The translations under genes were made by a program, and so were the position numbers. A stretch of DNA of 64,000 bases from positions 1,302,001 to 1,366,000 of the forward strand of contig CAIIXF020000001.1 in NCBI GenBank assembly GCA_903813345.2, written 5' to 3'. The notes under the pieces are model-generated. The model searched no databases and had not been told where the DNA came from. It saw only the letters and a program-made list of their open reading frames with translations. Source of the stretch: Owenia fusiformis (lineage: Eukaryota). Position 1 is the stretch's first letter. Each line of letters starts with the position of its first letter. This document shows positions 39,995 to 54,240 of the stretch, piece after piece.

Positions 39995-40094
39995 CTGCAT
40001 ATGAAGCGTCCTGTGAACTGCCAGTGTGCGTGCTTGGCAGAAACCTTTACCGCATTCGGTGCATTTGAATGGTTTCTCCTTAGAATGGATGTAT
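39995..40094 (-). CDS. odd: odd-skipped/Osr coding exon 5 (zinc finger 3)
   Basis: [33 protein letters not shown]; acceptor gttttctttAG, donor CAG|GTGAAT. Confidence 0.95.
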
Positions 40095-40520
40095 CTAAAG
40101 AAAACAATACAACACTAAAATGAACTCGTATAACATTATATAATAATTTTTTATCAAACCATTGTATTCCGAGTATAAAATGCAAGCAAATAACAGTTTG
40201 TAACCGAGTCCTAACTACACGATGGTTTGAAGAACCAATGTATTTATGCACCTTTTCCAAATATTGTATTTACCTAATGTTAATATAATTTCCATTGGGA
40301 GCAAAACTAATCAAAGTTTTACAAAAAGAAATAATCAATTTCACCAACAGCTGAGTGATGAAGGTAAAAAATGTTTCAAAAATGAAATGTCATGGCTATT
40401 AGCAAAAAATTAACTGGCTTCAATTTGACCATTGGCCAAATCATGACCAATTAATTCACACGATTGCAAATTTTGAGAAAAATTGTTCCGAAAGATGATA
40501 TGAAGCACGTCGTCTCCTCA

Positions 40521-40748
<228 letters not shown>

Positions 40749-40895
40749 TTATACATTCCATTAGTGATGTTTCGTTTTGAATATTAAAAACATATTGAAC
40801 CGTAAACTCGGTCATAAATTTATATGACATACATATTCAGGGATTAGAGTTTTTTTAATAATGGTATATCTAGTTTAAATATGAGGCAGTCTTAC

Positions 40896-40994
40896 CTGTT
40901 TCCTCCTCGACCACGTGGTTTCCTTGGTAATTGCAATTTGCCAGGCATTGTGTTGTATGCAGGGGGATAAAAGCTACTGACAGAGGGGTCATAC
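40896..40994 (-). CDS. odd: odd-skipped/Osr coding exon 3
   Basis: Acceptor cgtttAG; YDPSVSSFYPPAYNTMPGKLQLPRKPRGRGGN; donor AG|GTAAGA. Phase 2/2, joining in frame to RPKKEF. Confidence 0.8.
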
Positions 40995-41191
40995 CTAAAC
41001 GATTCATAAAAATACCTGTATTAATACAATAACGTACATCTATGTACCCCGCGATGCATTTGTTTGGGAGATTGGTCATTCGTATAGGTTGGCGTTTCGA
41101 TTTTATATGCAAGCTTAAACTCCCTATTATCCTAAAAGAAATAAAAGGAGAGACATCTATCAAAGGAGATCATATTTTTATATATCCTTAC

Positions 41192-41375
41192 CTAATGCTG
41201 TTAGTCACATGGGAAAAGGCGCTGAACACCTGGGCATCAGGGCCAGGTCGTCCCAGTTTAGAAGTTTTATCTTCTTTTTGCATATTGTTGTATTCTTTAG
41301 TTGCAGCCTCGGCCAAATGAGCGAAGTCAAACTTTTTATCATTTTGTTTATCGTTAGATGAAGATGGGGAGGTTT
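41192..41375 (-). CDS. odd: odd-skipped/Osr coding exon 2
   Basis: Acceptor ttctttctatttcAG; contains KFDFAHLAEAAT, similar to the FDFANLAxAAT motif of vertebrate Osr1/2. Donor AG|GTAAGG. Confidence 0.85.
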
Positions 41376-41539
41376 CTGAAATAGAAAGAAACAATTCATT
41401 GAGTATATAAGAGGCCAAAAAGAAACTAAAAATTATCTTTAGTATCATCATCATTCAAAATCAAAACAATAACGAGGCAAATATTTTTTATATTAATGTA
41501 ATACAACCACTGAAGTAATATTGAACTAAAATAATATAC

Positions 41540-41948
41540 CTTTTGTTTTATTAGCTGATTCAGGTCCATTTTCTTTCAACTTCAGTAAAGACCACGCTGA
41601 GCCAAGATCCTGTGACGCAAACATTGACGTCATCGGAAAGGAATATGGATACATGAATGGAGTGTTAGAGATCCCGGATGTTGAGGGGTATGTGACTGGA
41701 GTGGGGTATTGCATACACTGCAAAAGTGATGCCTGTAAGGATGGCATGTTGCCGAGGTTTGGATATGCGGGATGAAGCAACGGAAATGACGGGTATATTG
41801 GCCTTGGAATCACAATAGATGTCTCTAGATCTGACTTCATGGTTGATTGGGTTGGCGCCAATAAACACGTGTTTCCAAGAAACAAAGGCTGTGGTTTGAC
41901 AACGCTTTGTTTTGTGGCAGCAGGTTTAACATCGACATCCATTCGCAT
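41540..41948 (-). CDS. odd: odd-skipped/Osr zinc-finger TF, first coding exon (Pro/Ser/Met-rich N-terminus; exon acceptor at 41989)
   Basis: ORF 41526-42023; acceptor tgtctttgcAG before 41989, first in-exon in-frame ATG at 41948, donor AAAG|GTATAT phase 1. The start codon is inferred. Confidence 0.7.
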
Positions 41949-42372
41949 GTCTTTTCCTAAGTGGTTATCTTCAATATCAAGTCGATGACCTGCAAAGACA
42001 TATGAGATCATATGTGACATCATGTTTAAGACATTCGAGATATTTAATCATGGTGGCTGGACGAAGGGCCCGATTACATTATGAGAACTAACCATTTGGC
42101 GCATCAAAGGTGCCCTTCATCGGTATACCTTAGATTTATGATTGGAATATTGTTTTGATTTGGAACGGAATTTAATTTTATCTGAATTTTATTGGTGTTA
42201 CTACAGTAGAAATGTAGTGACACTTTGATAGTGTCATCTCTGTGCAAACAGAGGAGTCAAGTAGAATGGTCAAACGGTTATTTTGGTCACTCTCTCCACT
42301 TCTGAAGTGGCCGGTATTGTCATCATGTAACCAAGCATGCTCAGTAAGACCGAAATACACATTTCAAGAATT

Positions 42373-42420
42373 GTGATTGGATGAACCAGATCACGTGTGA
42401 TTGGATGAACCAGATCACGT
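42373..42420. repeat. 24-bp perfect tandem duplication
   Basis: gtgattggatgaaccagatcacgt x2; each copy has a CCAAT on the - strand, and there is a CACGTG at the junction. Confidence 0.85.
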
Positions 42421-42530
42421 TTGAGAGATCTTCTCTAACGTTTGGTGTGGCGTGGTGCTTGAGATCTAAGGGAAAGTGTTTTGAGTGTTTGAGTAATGAA
42501 TCATTGTTATTGTTTGCAAAGTCATCTAGA

Positions 42531-42600
42531 TATACTCTTACCTCATTCCCGAATGGATAACAAAGTATATTCTTACCTCATTCCCGAATGGATAACAAAG
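42531..42600 (-). repeat. 35-bp tandem duplication containing a candidate splice donor of an odd 5' non-coding exon
   Basis: tata(c/t)tcttacctcattcccgaatggataacaaag x2; the - strand reads GAG|GTAAGA twice. Confidence 0.7.
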
Positions 42601-45600
42601 TGGAGAAGATTAAATGAAGAATTATAAAGATGAAGGGGCACTCAGTGTTTGGCATAATCTTGGTAGCCTTTCTGACTAATGAAAATCCCTGCATTTGTTA
42701 AAGTGATAATTTCACTTTTTCTTCACACTGGGGTCCCAAGGGGGTCGCATTGGCAATTGTACTCCCCCCTGGGATTTCGTTCACGGTGCCGAGATAAAGG
42801 AGACTCGGAGGAAATAAGAACTTTGCGCTATGGCGAGAAAGGTAAAGAAGCTAGGTTTCATGTGAAGGCTTTGATTATGAACTTTTTTTGTTTTTTTTAG
42901 ATGTTGACCCACCCCCTTGGGGAAATTACAGAGACACCCCTGCCACACTCATATGATTGCATAATTTCCTTTTGCGAATTGACTCCATAATAGACGAGAC
43001 ATCGATGGATATATTCCAACATAAGGTGGGAGTTGAGAGATGTTATATTACCTAACGATCTAGTTACATCTATTTGCCCCCAGTACACACCGTACCAGCT
43101 CCAGAACACTGCGATAATACTGATACAAGATCATCTCAACGCCATATTTAACAACCGATAAAACAATTAAATATTATTGACTTTTTGACAAGAGTTCTCA
43201 CTTCGTCAATTGCATAGGTTTAATGAAGAACTAAGTTAACATTGAGTGACAAATTGGCGATAAGTACTGTAAAATATACAATCGGACCCAACTCCGTATT
43301 TACCTTTAGTATCAATTGGGTAACGACAACCGAATCATTTACTTAAGGCCCTCTAATGAGATTAACTGATGATGAACGGAGTAATGTGGTAACTGGGGCC
43401 AACTATGAAATGGGTGTGGATTGAGCATTGGAAACTGAATTGTACTATTTGTATAGGAAATTCAAATAAAAGATTACGCTTGGTTCAACAGATTTACCAT
43501 CCCTCCCCAGACTGATTTCTCCGCCCTTCAATTTTGGTAAGGGATTACATGTCGTGATCAGGTATGAGCACTTGGACTGACTGTTAGCATTGTGGTAGTT
43601 AAACATAGTGATAGACTACAAAATCTGTTCCAGACAAAGTGAGGACCGTGCGAACAAAATTAAGACAAAATAATATGGAAATGAATAATTTGAATCTGGC
43701 AACACGGGATTTGTTTTATTGTCGACATTTATGGTTATTATTACATTGGAATTGTTATTTGATCAGTTTCGTAAAAATAAAAATATTCATAGAATAAGGA
43801 ATAAGAAGGAACATTATTCAATCGATTTTTTTATCATGATTCAGTTGTTCCTTGTCTTGCCCACCCTTGCATTGATCCAAGGGTATTTCACTTCTTTCTA
43901 GATACCCTTGGTGCAGCCTATACAACTGTTGGGATTGTGCAAACTAACTTTCAAATAGCCCTTCAATCACTAACGAATCAGAACCATTGTTACAAGTCTT
44001 GCCTGTTGGTTTGCTATCTTGTAAATTGAAATACTGATCTGAATGATGGATTATTTCTCACATCGGATGGCACTTGGTCGTTATCTCTTACATTCTCAGC
44101 CACCGAGTCATCATTTTCGGATCCAGGTTCCTTAGCTGATAGCCAGGGGCCAAGTCACGTGCTTAGCGGCCATAAGTGGCGCATCATCAGAATCTGCTGT
44201 AGCTTAGTTGCAATTTGCTTCTATTTATCTTTGAAACATTTTGGAAACAGTTCAGGGTATTCCCAGTGGAATAAACAAATACATTTGATTTTTGTGCTTG
44301 TGCTTTAAATGTTTTGCAGTCAAACAAATATGAGCAACGAGTTAGATCGTATGGCATAGTTATTTGGGTAATCAATTTATCTGCTGGAGTCACAAAATTA
44401 ATTATTTTTTGGAAAAACTATTTGTCGGATTTACAATTATAGTTACGATTACAAAATACTGCCATGCTTTCTATTTAATAGTTTTGTTCTTAATCGAATG
44501 CATACGGCATAAAGTATAATTCGCTATCGATGGAAACAATATCGTTTTTGGACAATTTTTCAAATAGCTTTCCTATTGCTTCATTTGATTCTATAGCTCA
44601 ATATCGACATTTGGATCCACAATACTTTGTAGCATTTCCATCATTCTGGACATCTTGAACTGACAACTTTGGCAATCGTCTGTAACATTTTTTGATATCA
44701 ATTAAGCTTAATAAATATAAAACAATCTCACTACTTTTTGCTGTTGTGTAACAATGTACAAAATGTTCACCTATGTGAAATTAAAATACTGAATAAAATT
44801 AAAAATATGATGAATCCATTTTGAATATAACATTTGAATACATGGTGGATTGTTTTTGATCATATAATGATAACATTTGAATTAAATTAATTTAATTCAT
44901 TATAACAATTTGTAATCAAGATTACATAGATTAACATAGATTGTTTCAAATCACACTAAATATAAATGTGAAGTAAATTAATGAATACATGCGTTCAACA
45001 AAACATGCGTCTTATTCATACTACATAAGTTATACTTCATATGGACAGGTTGCGCATTGGTTAAAAGCAAAATAAGTTATACTTTTCCATTCCAAATGCT
45101 ATTTAATAGCAAAAATAATCAAAGCAATACTAAATAAATAAATAAACCAATAACTTAATTTATCGGACGTTGAATTTCTTTTTTTCTCAAAGGCAAGACG
45201 GATTTGGAAATTGGCCTATTGGAACATTCGACATACTTGTATAGTGAAGAAAAAAATGATTTCTGACAATGGCGAAAATGTCTCTGGAACATCTCTACCG
45301 TTGACAAGTCAGTCATTGAGGCCTCTAACCTATTATTAAAGATAAACTTGCATGGAAGCAGACAAAATATTTTGGTTGGAATGTCATCACTGTTTCACTG
45401 GATGGGGTGTAATTATTTACGACTGTTTTTTTAATTCCTGTTTATTTATTATGTTAACAGGATGTTGCCAGTCTCAGGAATATTTACACTGACGTCCATA
45501 ATTTGAGTTAAACACCTTTTTTTAACCATACCGAAAAATCAAGAAACTCTAAAATCATATATTTTGAGTAGATTGAATGATTTCATTTGATTAAACTGAA

Positions 45601-46053
45601 TCTTTCCAAGAAGAGCCGGATAAGGAAGTACAAAAGACAGAAGTAGACTTTAGAAATCCATAAAACTTCAATACCCAAATAGTAATTATTTTACAAATGT
45701 AAAAGGTTTGAAAAGCGTTTCGACAGTAAAGTTTATATAATATACGAATTTAGAAATTAATCGTTTAATCAGTTCAATAATTCATTTTAAAGATTTATGT
45801 GATCTGAAATATCGCTTAATATTATAAGAGGAACGATCCTTTTCAATAATCAAAGAAAGCTATTATGGGCATTTGATATGATAAACAGATTCCAAATTAC
45901 AAATGTGTGTATGTATATCTTTATTGCCCTTTATGAAAAGGAGAGAGCAAATGTATCATGATTTATAATTTAATACTTTTGATTATTTTAATTTTGATGG
46001 AATTTGCTAAATTGATATGTAAATCTTTTACCATTCAAAAAATCAAAATCAAA

Positions 46054-46286
46054 AAATAAAAGTGAAATCAATTTCCTAAAATAAATATAATAGAGCCTTG
46101 TCTAAAAGATAAAATTCTATTTTAATTTGGAAATTGATCAGCTAGAGATAATAATCAAAATTAAAGTTCATAAAAATAAATATATGAAATAAAAGTGAAA
46201 TCAGTTTCCTAAAATTATAATAGAAGCTAAAAGATAAAATTCTATCTTAATTTGGAAATTGATCATTATAATCAAAATTAAAGTTC
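46054..46286 (+). repeat. AT-rich ~130-bp imperfect tandem duplication
   Basis: aaataaaagtgaaatca.tttcctaaaat...ctaaaagataaaattctat.ttaatttggaaattgatca...taatcaaaattaaagttc x2. Confidence 0.75.
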
Positions 46287-49200
46287 TATTTACCTTCAGC
46301 TGCTTTTACCGTTGGACTGTGCTCTGCCGCGTCCTTCGCTTGCATCATGAAACACTTTGGCATGCTTCGTCGCCCACCTCTTTAATAGTCGTCAGAAACA
46401 GCCGCCCAAACAACTGCCTCCGTGTAAGTCTTTTCTTCGATTTGACGGCAGCTCTGTCAACAAAGTTCGATGTTTTTGCCAAATGTCACAACTTACATGC
46501 AGTTCTGCAATTCTTCAATAGCCTTGTGAATCTTGCGTTGTATTTTTTGGCAATCAAAACTCATTTGTTCGATGTATAACTGGTTAAGTCAGAATTTATA
46601 TACAATCTCCTAGAAACCCATCAAGTTATACAGCCACCTGGTAGTTAAACGTCAAAAGTTCAAGCTGTCATTCGAATTCTGGTCGGACACAAAATGATGT
46701 TTTCTGGTACTTTCGATTTTCGTCAAGTTCTTCACACCTTGATCAGCGTTCAGTTATGTTGAACTTTTAGTTTATGATATGGTTAATAAGTATACAATAC
46801 AACATGAGTGGATGCGATATTATCAATGCGCATGCGCTGATGGTAGTGTGTATACTTGAAATTCGGATGTAACAATTGTATTGGAGTTTGGATACAGCGA
46901 CCTGCAGTGATATATTTCTTGTTTGTGTAGTGCGTGTAATCTGTCTGATCCCGTTGTCAACATGTGTATGCTAACAATCCGAAACGCTTGCTCCCCCGGT
47001 CCCGTCGCCTGAATTCTTCTTTTCCTGGGCGGTTGTGTTATCATAAAGGATGACCGGGGAATATCATCGTTTCTATCAATATTAAGAACATAGTTGTGTC
47101 GCCTTGTTCTACACCCAACTCAATATGTGTAGTAGGACACCGTTCTCAAACCTTCTCAATGTCAACAGTGTGCCTGCCGCTATTGGGACCCATCAGGCAT
47201 ATGTCGCCAGAGAGGCAATTCGATGCGCTATATCATTCCAAAACGCAATTTAGTAAAAAAGGAGTAATCGTTTCTGTTGCTTGTTTACGTTGCTGTATGT
47301 TTGTTTAGACATCAGTAAGATAGAACTCATTGTTTGGTTATTTCATAAACTAAATTAAATATGGAGTATTTTGAAATCTAGAGCTTCATTTGTTATCGAG
47401 TTGTTGTCAAATGACTGCCCACTTAATTTCGTTATTCGAAGACCCACTCAACAGTGAATGGAAACATGTTTATAATCTTGACATATCATGTTTCCTTTTT
47501 GAAACAATTTCACGTTCTTCATGTTTGTTACATCTAATCAGTATTGATTCATCTTTTATTGGGTTTTACATGTTGGTATCTGATAACAGATTTAGTGAAA
47601 GGCTTGGAGAAAGGCCGTGGACGCCAGTGACAACATTTGGAAACATAACTTTGACCGCTTCTGTAACTAGGTTTTTATCAGCTGGACGTTTAACATGTTA
47701 ATTGACAAGTTTGTGTCCACTGAACGTAGCAACAGCTACGTTTACTTTTCGACTTTATCTTGATCAGTAATTCAACAAACAAATAAAATCCTTTGTTTCA
47801 ATTTAGAAATATGTAGCATACATATTTAATGGCATTATTATCATACTTGCCACTTCATCTGCCTTGAACAGTGTTGGTTAATTACGGTTATGTAAGGTTA
47901 TCACGTGATGACACATGGTAAGGGTAGCCATAGCACCCCCAGGCGGCAGGGAGGGGCGAATGCCGCGCTCCCACAGTCAAAGAGGTCTACCAGGAGAGCG
48001 TTACCAGGTACGACAACCACTTCCTCGCTTAACCTGTGGACATTAATTAATAATACATCGGCATTAAACACTTATGCGCGATGTCTAAACATGTCAAATC
48101 ACTTATCCTGGTTGCAAATTAGACTTATTAGTTCCCGATTAGTTTGGAGTTAGTATTAGCGAATAGGCGCAGGAATTTTGTCTCGAATGTATCGAGTAAC
48201 GTCGACAAGTTCGTTTGTTTTGGACGCCCTTTACGTCATGTAGATGCAATCATGTACGACTCGGAGAGTTACTTAAGGTTCTTATGTTTCGATCAATGGC
48301 TTGGATGGACATTTGATCGTGAATGCAAATCAGGTTGATTCCTTGTAAGCTGATATTTAAAGATCAGCAGGAAAACAATTGATAAATAATCCAGTAGACC
48401 AGGTGTACAAAATAGTTACGCGTGCGGAAGGTGGAATTCGTCCTTGTTGGACGGCCAGTGCAAAAGAAATTAATTCCCCTCGCATGGTTCATTCCACTCT
48501 GATAAATATAACGAATCAGGAAAACATAGGAGTGGTGACATAATGGATAAGAGTACCATATTTGGGTAGAACGCTCAAAAATTGCTCAAAAACATGTACA
48601 GTTTTGTTTTCATTTCAAATGAAACCTCTTTTACATTCAGACCTGAGATAAAAGATGAACATCTCCTTGATACATTTAATTTCTGTTACTTTTAGATATC
48701 AGTAATAATATAGTGAATTGTTTGTAGATATGATGGGTGTATCAAAGCCATTCAAAGGAGTTAGTTATCACAATACAAGAAGCGGTAACCAGTATGATGG
48801 CCCACTTCATACGTTGTCTTATCACGCTCTTTCTACCCTAAGAACTGAACTTACAACGTAAAACAGTGTAAATATTGTAATATAGGTTTATAACCTAACC
48901 TGTGCCAAATACGTTTATAAATTCCTTGTGTCTGTATTTTGGAAAGTGTAATCCAAAGTGATAGTAGAGCAAACTAGGTGGTTTTTACTGTTGGATAAAA
49001 TGGCAACTTTAATATGAAGTGATAAAAAATAAAACCAGTTATCCCAGAATCGTGATCTTAAAAGAAGTATACGAGAAAACTGAACACTCGTGCAAATCTT
49101 ATTTAACTTATACGCAATCTTAAAGACGATATATCAATTACAATAGTAAATGATTACTATTTACACTTCTTGATAGAATATCTTCAATTGTCGGCTATCT

Positions 49201-49611
49201 AACTTCATACACTCAATTTACTTTGATCTCATTGTATTCGTGTCTTATACTCTTCACAATTTAAAGACCACCGTTTGTAACATAGATAGAGGAAGAGGTG
49301 ATAAGAAAATATTGTAGCCTGGCATACAGACCGTTTTTTACCTCATGATCTCAATCTCAGTACAATATTACAGCCATCAAAATAAAAAGCTTGAGTGTGT
49401 ACGCCATGCAATATTTTCTGATGTATATGACAACGTTTGCCAATTTATACCAACAAGAATTAATATTCAATCGAGACAAAGAGCTGATCTAGAAACAGGC
49501 TGGGACTTAAAAAGTAGCCTTCTTATTTGATGTTGATAAACTATTTCAAAGTCACACCGCCAATTTTCGCTCACGACTACGTCACGACGGATACAAAGAA
49601 CGTAATCGTAT

Positions 49612-50482
49612 GACGTGTCGCAAAAAGGTTGCGCACGCATTGTTACACATTTTCGCTTTTTAACACCACAGAATGTGACGTTTTTTGAGAAAAATGTACA
49701 CATATGGAAATCCTTTCGTCCTCCACATTTGCCTCTATATCTCAAAATATTTAAGGCGAATAACTCTGATATCGTATATGTATTAACAATGGGATAGGAG
49801 CATCATAAAACACGAATCAATTGATATTTTAGGTGAAATAAATATACGTGTTGCTGTGCTTGAAAATAGGCGAATGGCCCTATTTTAATGAATTTTGAAA
49901 ACCTTTCGTCCTCCACTTTTCCACATTCAACAGAAAACACATACTTTTGCGAACAAAATCAACTATTTATTAATAAACTAAAGTTTATGAGCAAAATAAT
50001 CATGTATGATTTATTAAAAATTGATCTCGTATTTTTTGCTGTACACCTGAAAAGTTGAAGGTAACAAAAAATGAGCAAAAAATGTCGCTGTCAACAGATT
50101 CTATTTTTCAAACTCTATGACGTCACGACATGGGACGCTTACTTAAATTCATCCTTTGAAATAAAACCTCCATCTACCTTTATCAAGATGAAAAATAAGT
50201 ATAATAGTCATATATTGTTTGAGTTATGAGCGTTTAAAGACGAAAAATAATTCAAAATGTAACGTGTCAACAGGAGATATTAGCCAGATGTTTTGGTAAA
50301 AAACTATTTTTTAAAAAAAGAACGCGCAAGAATCGTGAACGGAGTGTAAATGAACTAAAAACTTCATCGAAACAGCTTTAAAATGATAGATAACTTTAAT
50401 TAGAATATTATCTTATAATCCGGGGAATCAAAATTCACGCGATACCCTTAAAAAACAATTGCGCCACCTTTTTGCGACACGT
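49612..50482. mobile_element. MITE with ~25-bp TIR
   Basis: gacgtgtcgcaaaaaggttgcgca versus tgcgccacctttttgcgacacgtc; internal repeat ctttcgtcctccac x2. Confidence 0.65.
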
Positions 50483-51799
50483 CTATACATTTATGCATTG
50501 TTTTATTTTCTATTGACACGATGTTCGCGGATGTCCATGCACGCACAATCTGAATTTTTTCAAGAAACACACATATACTGTGGACACAGAACACGGTGTC
50601 TCATCCGGAACCAAGAGCATTTGATTATATCACCGTCGAAGAAATATGATGTCAGCAATTTCGTATTGTAAAATTGTATTGAATTGTATTGTATCGCTTT
50701 GCCTTATTTGACCCATTTTAGTTTTAAGACATGATACGAGACGAAGCACTTACATGTGAACATATTAATGAAAAAGCAAAATTATGCTTTACTGCTCAAA
50801 AAAGGCTTTCGTAACTGTCAATAGGTGGCACCCTTTCAGTTAAAATACTGTAATCAACAGAATTCGAGGATTGCTTTGCCTGAATACAGCTGGTTTTGTA
50901 TGTGAGGTGTAACCTGTCACTATTATTGAGCCCGGGCAATAGACTTTCAATCAACTTGGATGCGATAAGTAGCTAAGTAACAATATGAGCCACGAGTCAG
51001 TTGTGGAAAGGCGTGTACAACCTAAAGTATCCATCATCACTTATCTCACTTCCGTTAAAGGTTGATTTTGTCCAAAAATATAGAGTTCTTTATCGTGTAC
51101 CTTAAAATGGTCAATGATTTGTCCAATTATATGGCATCCACAATATTTTCGAGTTCATTGATTTCACTGGTTAATTTCAGGGTAAGTGATAATTGCATAC
51201 TACTACTTTATTGAAAACCATTTTTGTTATATAAGTGACAAAGGAAATTGAAAACAATTTTGCAAAAATGACAAGAAATGTGTCATTCTCACATTTCAGG
51301 ACAGCACCAGGATCGACTTATTACTAACTTTAAATCCCAATAAGTCTGTTTATAAATATTGCTGCTGAAAAAGAGACCGTAAATCTAAATTGTACGCCTA
51401 GTTTCTATGATTCCCCAAAAGAGGTCAGCATTTATAATAAAGTTCTATCGCACATTGTTAGAAAACCTCTTCTATTATTTGGAAAATAGATAATAAGAAT
51501 CCAGACCTACTATAGGCAATAATAAACTTTAAGAAATAATAAATTTTGGCATTGATCTCTTAAGCCCAAATGCCATTTTTAGTACACATGGTTATAAAAC
51601 AAAACATGTACTGAACTAAAAATCTTGGCACCCATGTCAGGTTACTACTAAAAACTTACGGCCAGAAAAACACAAAAAGTAACTTAAGTAGTTTCGAGAC
51701 TTTTCATTTTTTGTTCAGAAACTTTACATACTTTGTAAATGAACACGCAAATGAGCGAGGATGGTCAATCATGATAGCAGGCCAGACAACAACTTAGGT

Positions 51800-51957
51800 A
51801 GCATTCGCGAATTCAACTACCAGCTGACGGCTACTAGATTAGCCTACCATTTTATAGCCCATTCATTTAAAAATTAATTGTACCTGTCACTATTTCATTC
51901 AATTTGCCATAAAAGGTAGGATAAACCGTTAGCAGGCAGTTGAATTTGCGAATGCTG
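51800..51957. mobile_element. Palindromic MITE related to 38196-38378
   Basis: agcattcgcgaattcaactacc ... ggcagttgaatttgcgaatgct. Confidence 0.65.
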
Positions 51958-52526
51958 CATTAGTAAAATATGTTAAAAATTAATATGTTGAAAAGAAGTC
52001 CAATCATCATATATAAATGTCCCATATTCCTGCAGGATATCTTGTCTTCCCACGGTAGTCATAAGTATAAGCTACTATATACCTGCCATCAGAGATAGCT
52101 ACTACTTTCCTATCATTATATTACACTATTCTACAATAATATTTTCGAATATTTTACGAGAATAATTGAGAACTTTATGGCATTTTCTAAGTACTGCTAG
52201 TGGCACTTTCTATCTATTATACATCGCGGTTTGTAACGATTGTGGGAATATTCATGGCTAGATTGGTAAACTCGATTTTGTTGATAAGAACTGATAATAG
52301 AAGTTGTTATATCATTGACTTATAATCCAATTTTAAATTATCTATATCATGTGTTAGATATGATGGCGTTGTTTTCCCTTTCATTGAAATATAGAGTGAT
52401 ATAGATGTCACTAATGTACAATGTTTAGTCAAATGTTCTCCGGAATAGTGTAGAAATGCCAATGTGATTCAATAGGTGGCGCTATTGAAGTTTAATTAAG
52501 GCGTTCTTGGCATGCACCTCACTTGT

Positions 52527-54240
52527 CAGGGCCGTCAGATGGGGGGGTGCGATGGGTGCGACCGCACCCCCCTTTGTCACCCCCAAAAATAAATTTGAAA
52601 AAAAAATTTTGAAAAAAAAAATTTTTGAAAAAAATTTTTTTTATAATTTTTTTTTCATTGACTCATACACTTTGAAAGTACCCAGAAAGCACCAAATAGC
52701 ATCTTAAAATTGTAAAATATTCTAGGGGTATTGGCAACCCCTCACACCCCCCACAAAACAATGGAAAAGTTCTAAATTTATTTTAGTGTTTTGTCTCAGA
52801 CACTTTTAAAGTGCCCAGACATCATCAAATAGCTCCTTGATATAGTAAGTGTTTCTGGGGGACTTGCTCCCCCTCTTGCATCTTGCACTTGCATAGACCC
52901 CCCCCCCCTCGGGCACCCCCCCCTTGACCCCCCCCCCAAAAAAAAATTGTGATTTTCTCAAATTCTTTAATTGACTCATACACTTTAAAAGTGCCCAGAA
53001 AGCACCAAATAGCGTTGTAAAATTGTAAAATTTTCTAGGGGGAGTGGGCCACCCCTCACACCCCAAACAAAACAATGGAAAAGTTCTGAATTTGTTTTAT
53101 GTACTGTCTCAGACACTTTTAAATTGCCCAGACATCATCATCATCCTTGATAAAGTTAACGATTCTGGAAGACTAACACTTACTCGCCCTCTGGCATCCC
53201 CACTCCACCTCCCCCTCTGGCAGCCTCCCCCCCCCTTAACACCCCCCCCCCCAAAAAAAAAGCCAGAAAGCACCAAATAGCAACTTAAAATTGTAAAATT
53301 TTCTTGGGAAATAGGCACTTTTAGGCACAGACACTTTTAAAGTGCCCAAACTTCATCGAATAGCACCTTGATATTGTAAATTTTGATATGGGGGACAAAC
53401 ACTTGCCCCCCCTCTGGCACCCCAGCCCCACCTCCCCCTCTGGCACCCCCCCCCCCCCCCTTTGACACCCCCAAAATTTTAAAAAAAATTGTGATTGTTT
53501 TTCAATGTTTTTATTGACTAATATACTTTAAAAGTGCCAAGACGCACCAAATATCATCTTTAAATTGTAAAATTTTCTAGGAGAGTTAGCCACTCCTCAC
53601 ATCCCCCACAAAACAAAAGAAAATATTCTGAATTTCATGTATTGTCTCAGACATTTTTTAAGTGCCCAGACATCATCAAATAGCACCTTGATATGGTCAA
53701 TGTTTCTGGGGGACAACCCCTTGCTCCCCTACTGGCACCACACCCCACTTCACCTTCTCATCCACTTTGACTCCCCCATAAGAATTTGAAAAAAATGCAC
53801 ATTTTTCTTATTGACTCATAACGCACAGGCGTACCAGCAAATTCGCTCCAAATACAACCAAATTTCAAAATTTTCCTGGGGGAGAACCCCCACACCCCCC
53901 TGAATACTCGGTTTTTTATTCACTCATCTCTTATTCTCATGGTGGTGGCGTACTACTTGGAAAGTTACACTTTGAAAGTGCCCAGAAAGCACCAAATAGC
54001 ATCTCAAAACTGTAAAATTTTCTAGGGGGAGTGGACCACTCCTCACACCCCCCACAAAACAATTGGAACTTTTGGAAGTTGCATTTGTTAATTCCAAACC
54101 AATATAGGGAGTAACTGAGCCCCCCCCCCCCTCTGACTTACGCGATTTGATTTACGCGGCAAAAAAATTGACAATTTTATATTCTCTTTAGTAAGCTAAA
54201 AAACCGCACCCCCCTTGGAGAAAAGTGTCTTACGGGCCTG
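52527..54240. mobile_element. hAT-like non-autonomous element with 5-bp TSD CTTGT and ~300-bp poly-C-rich internal subrepeats
   Basis: CTTGT|CAGGGCCGTCAGA ... TCTTACGGGCCTG|CTTGT; subterminal ccgcacccccc at both ends; repeated aaagtgcccagaaagcaccaaatagc blocks. Confidence 0.8.

Noticed and set aside
47917-48040. GC-rich stretch with GGCGAATG resembling an HDV-like ribozyme or other ncRNA
   Set aside because: Only a simple hairpin (gcggca/tgccgc) can be drawn; the P1/P3/P1.1/P4 elements cannot be placed.
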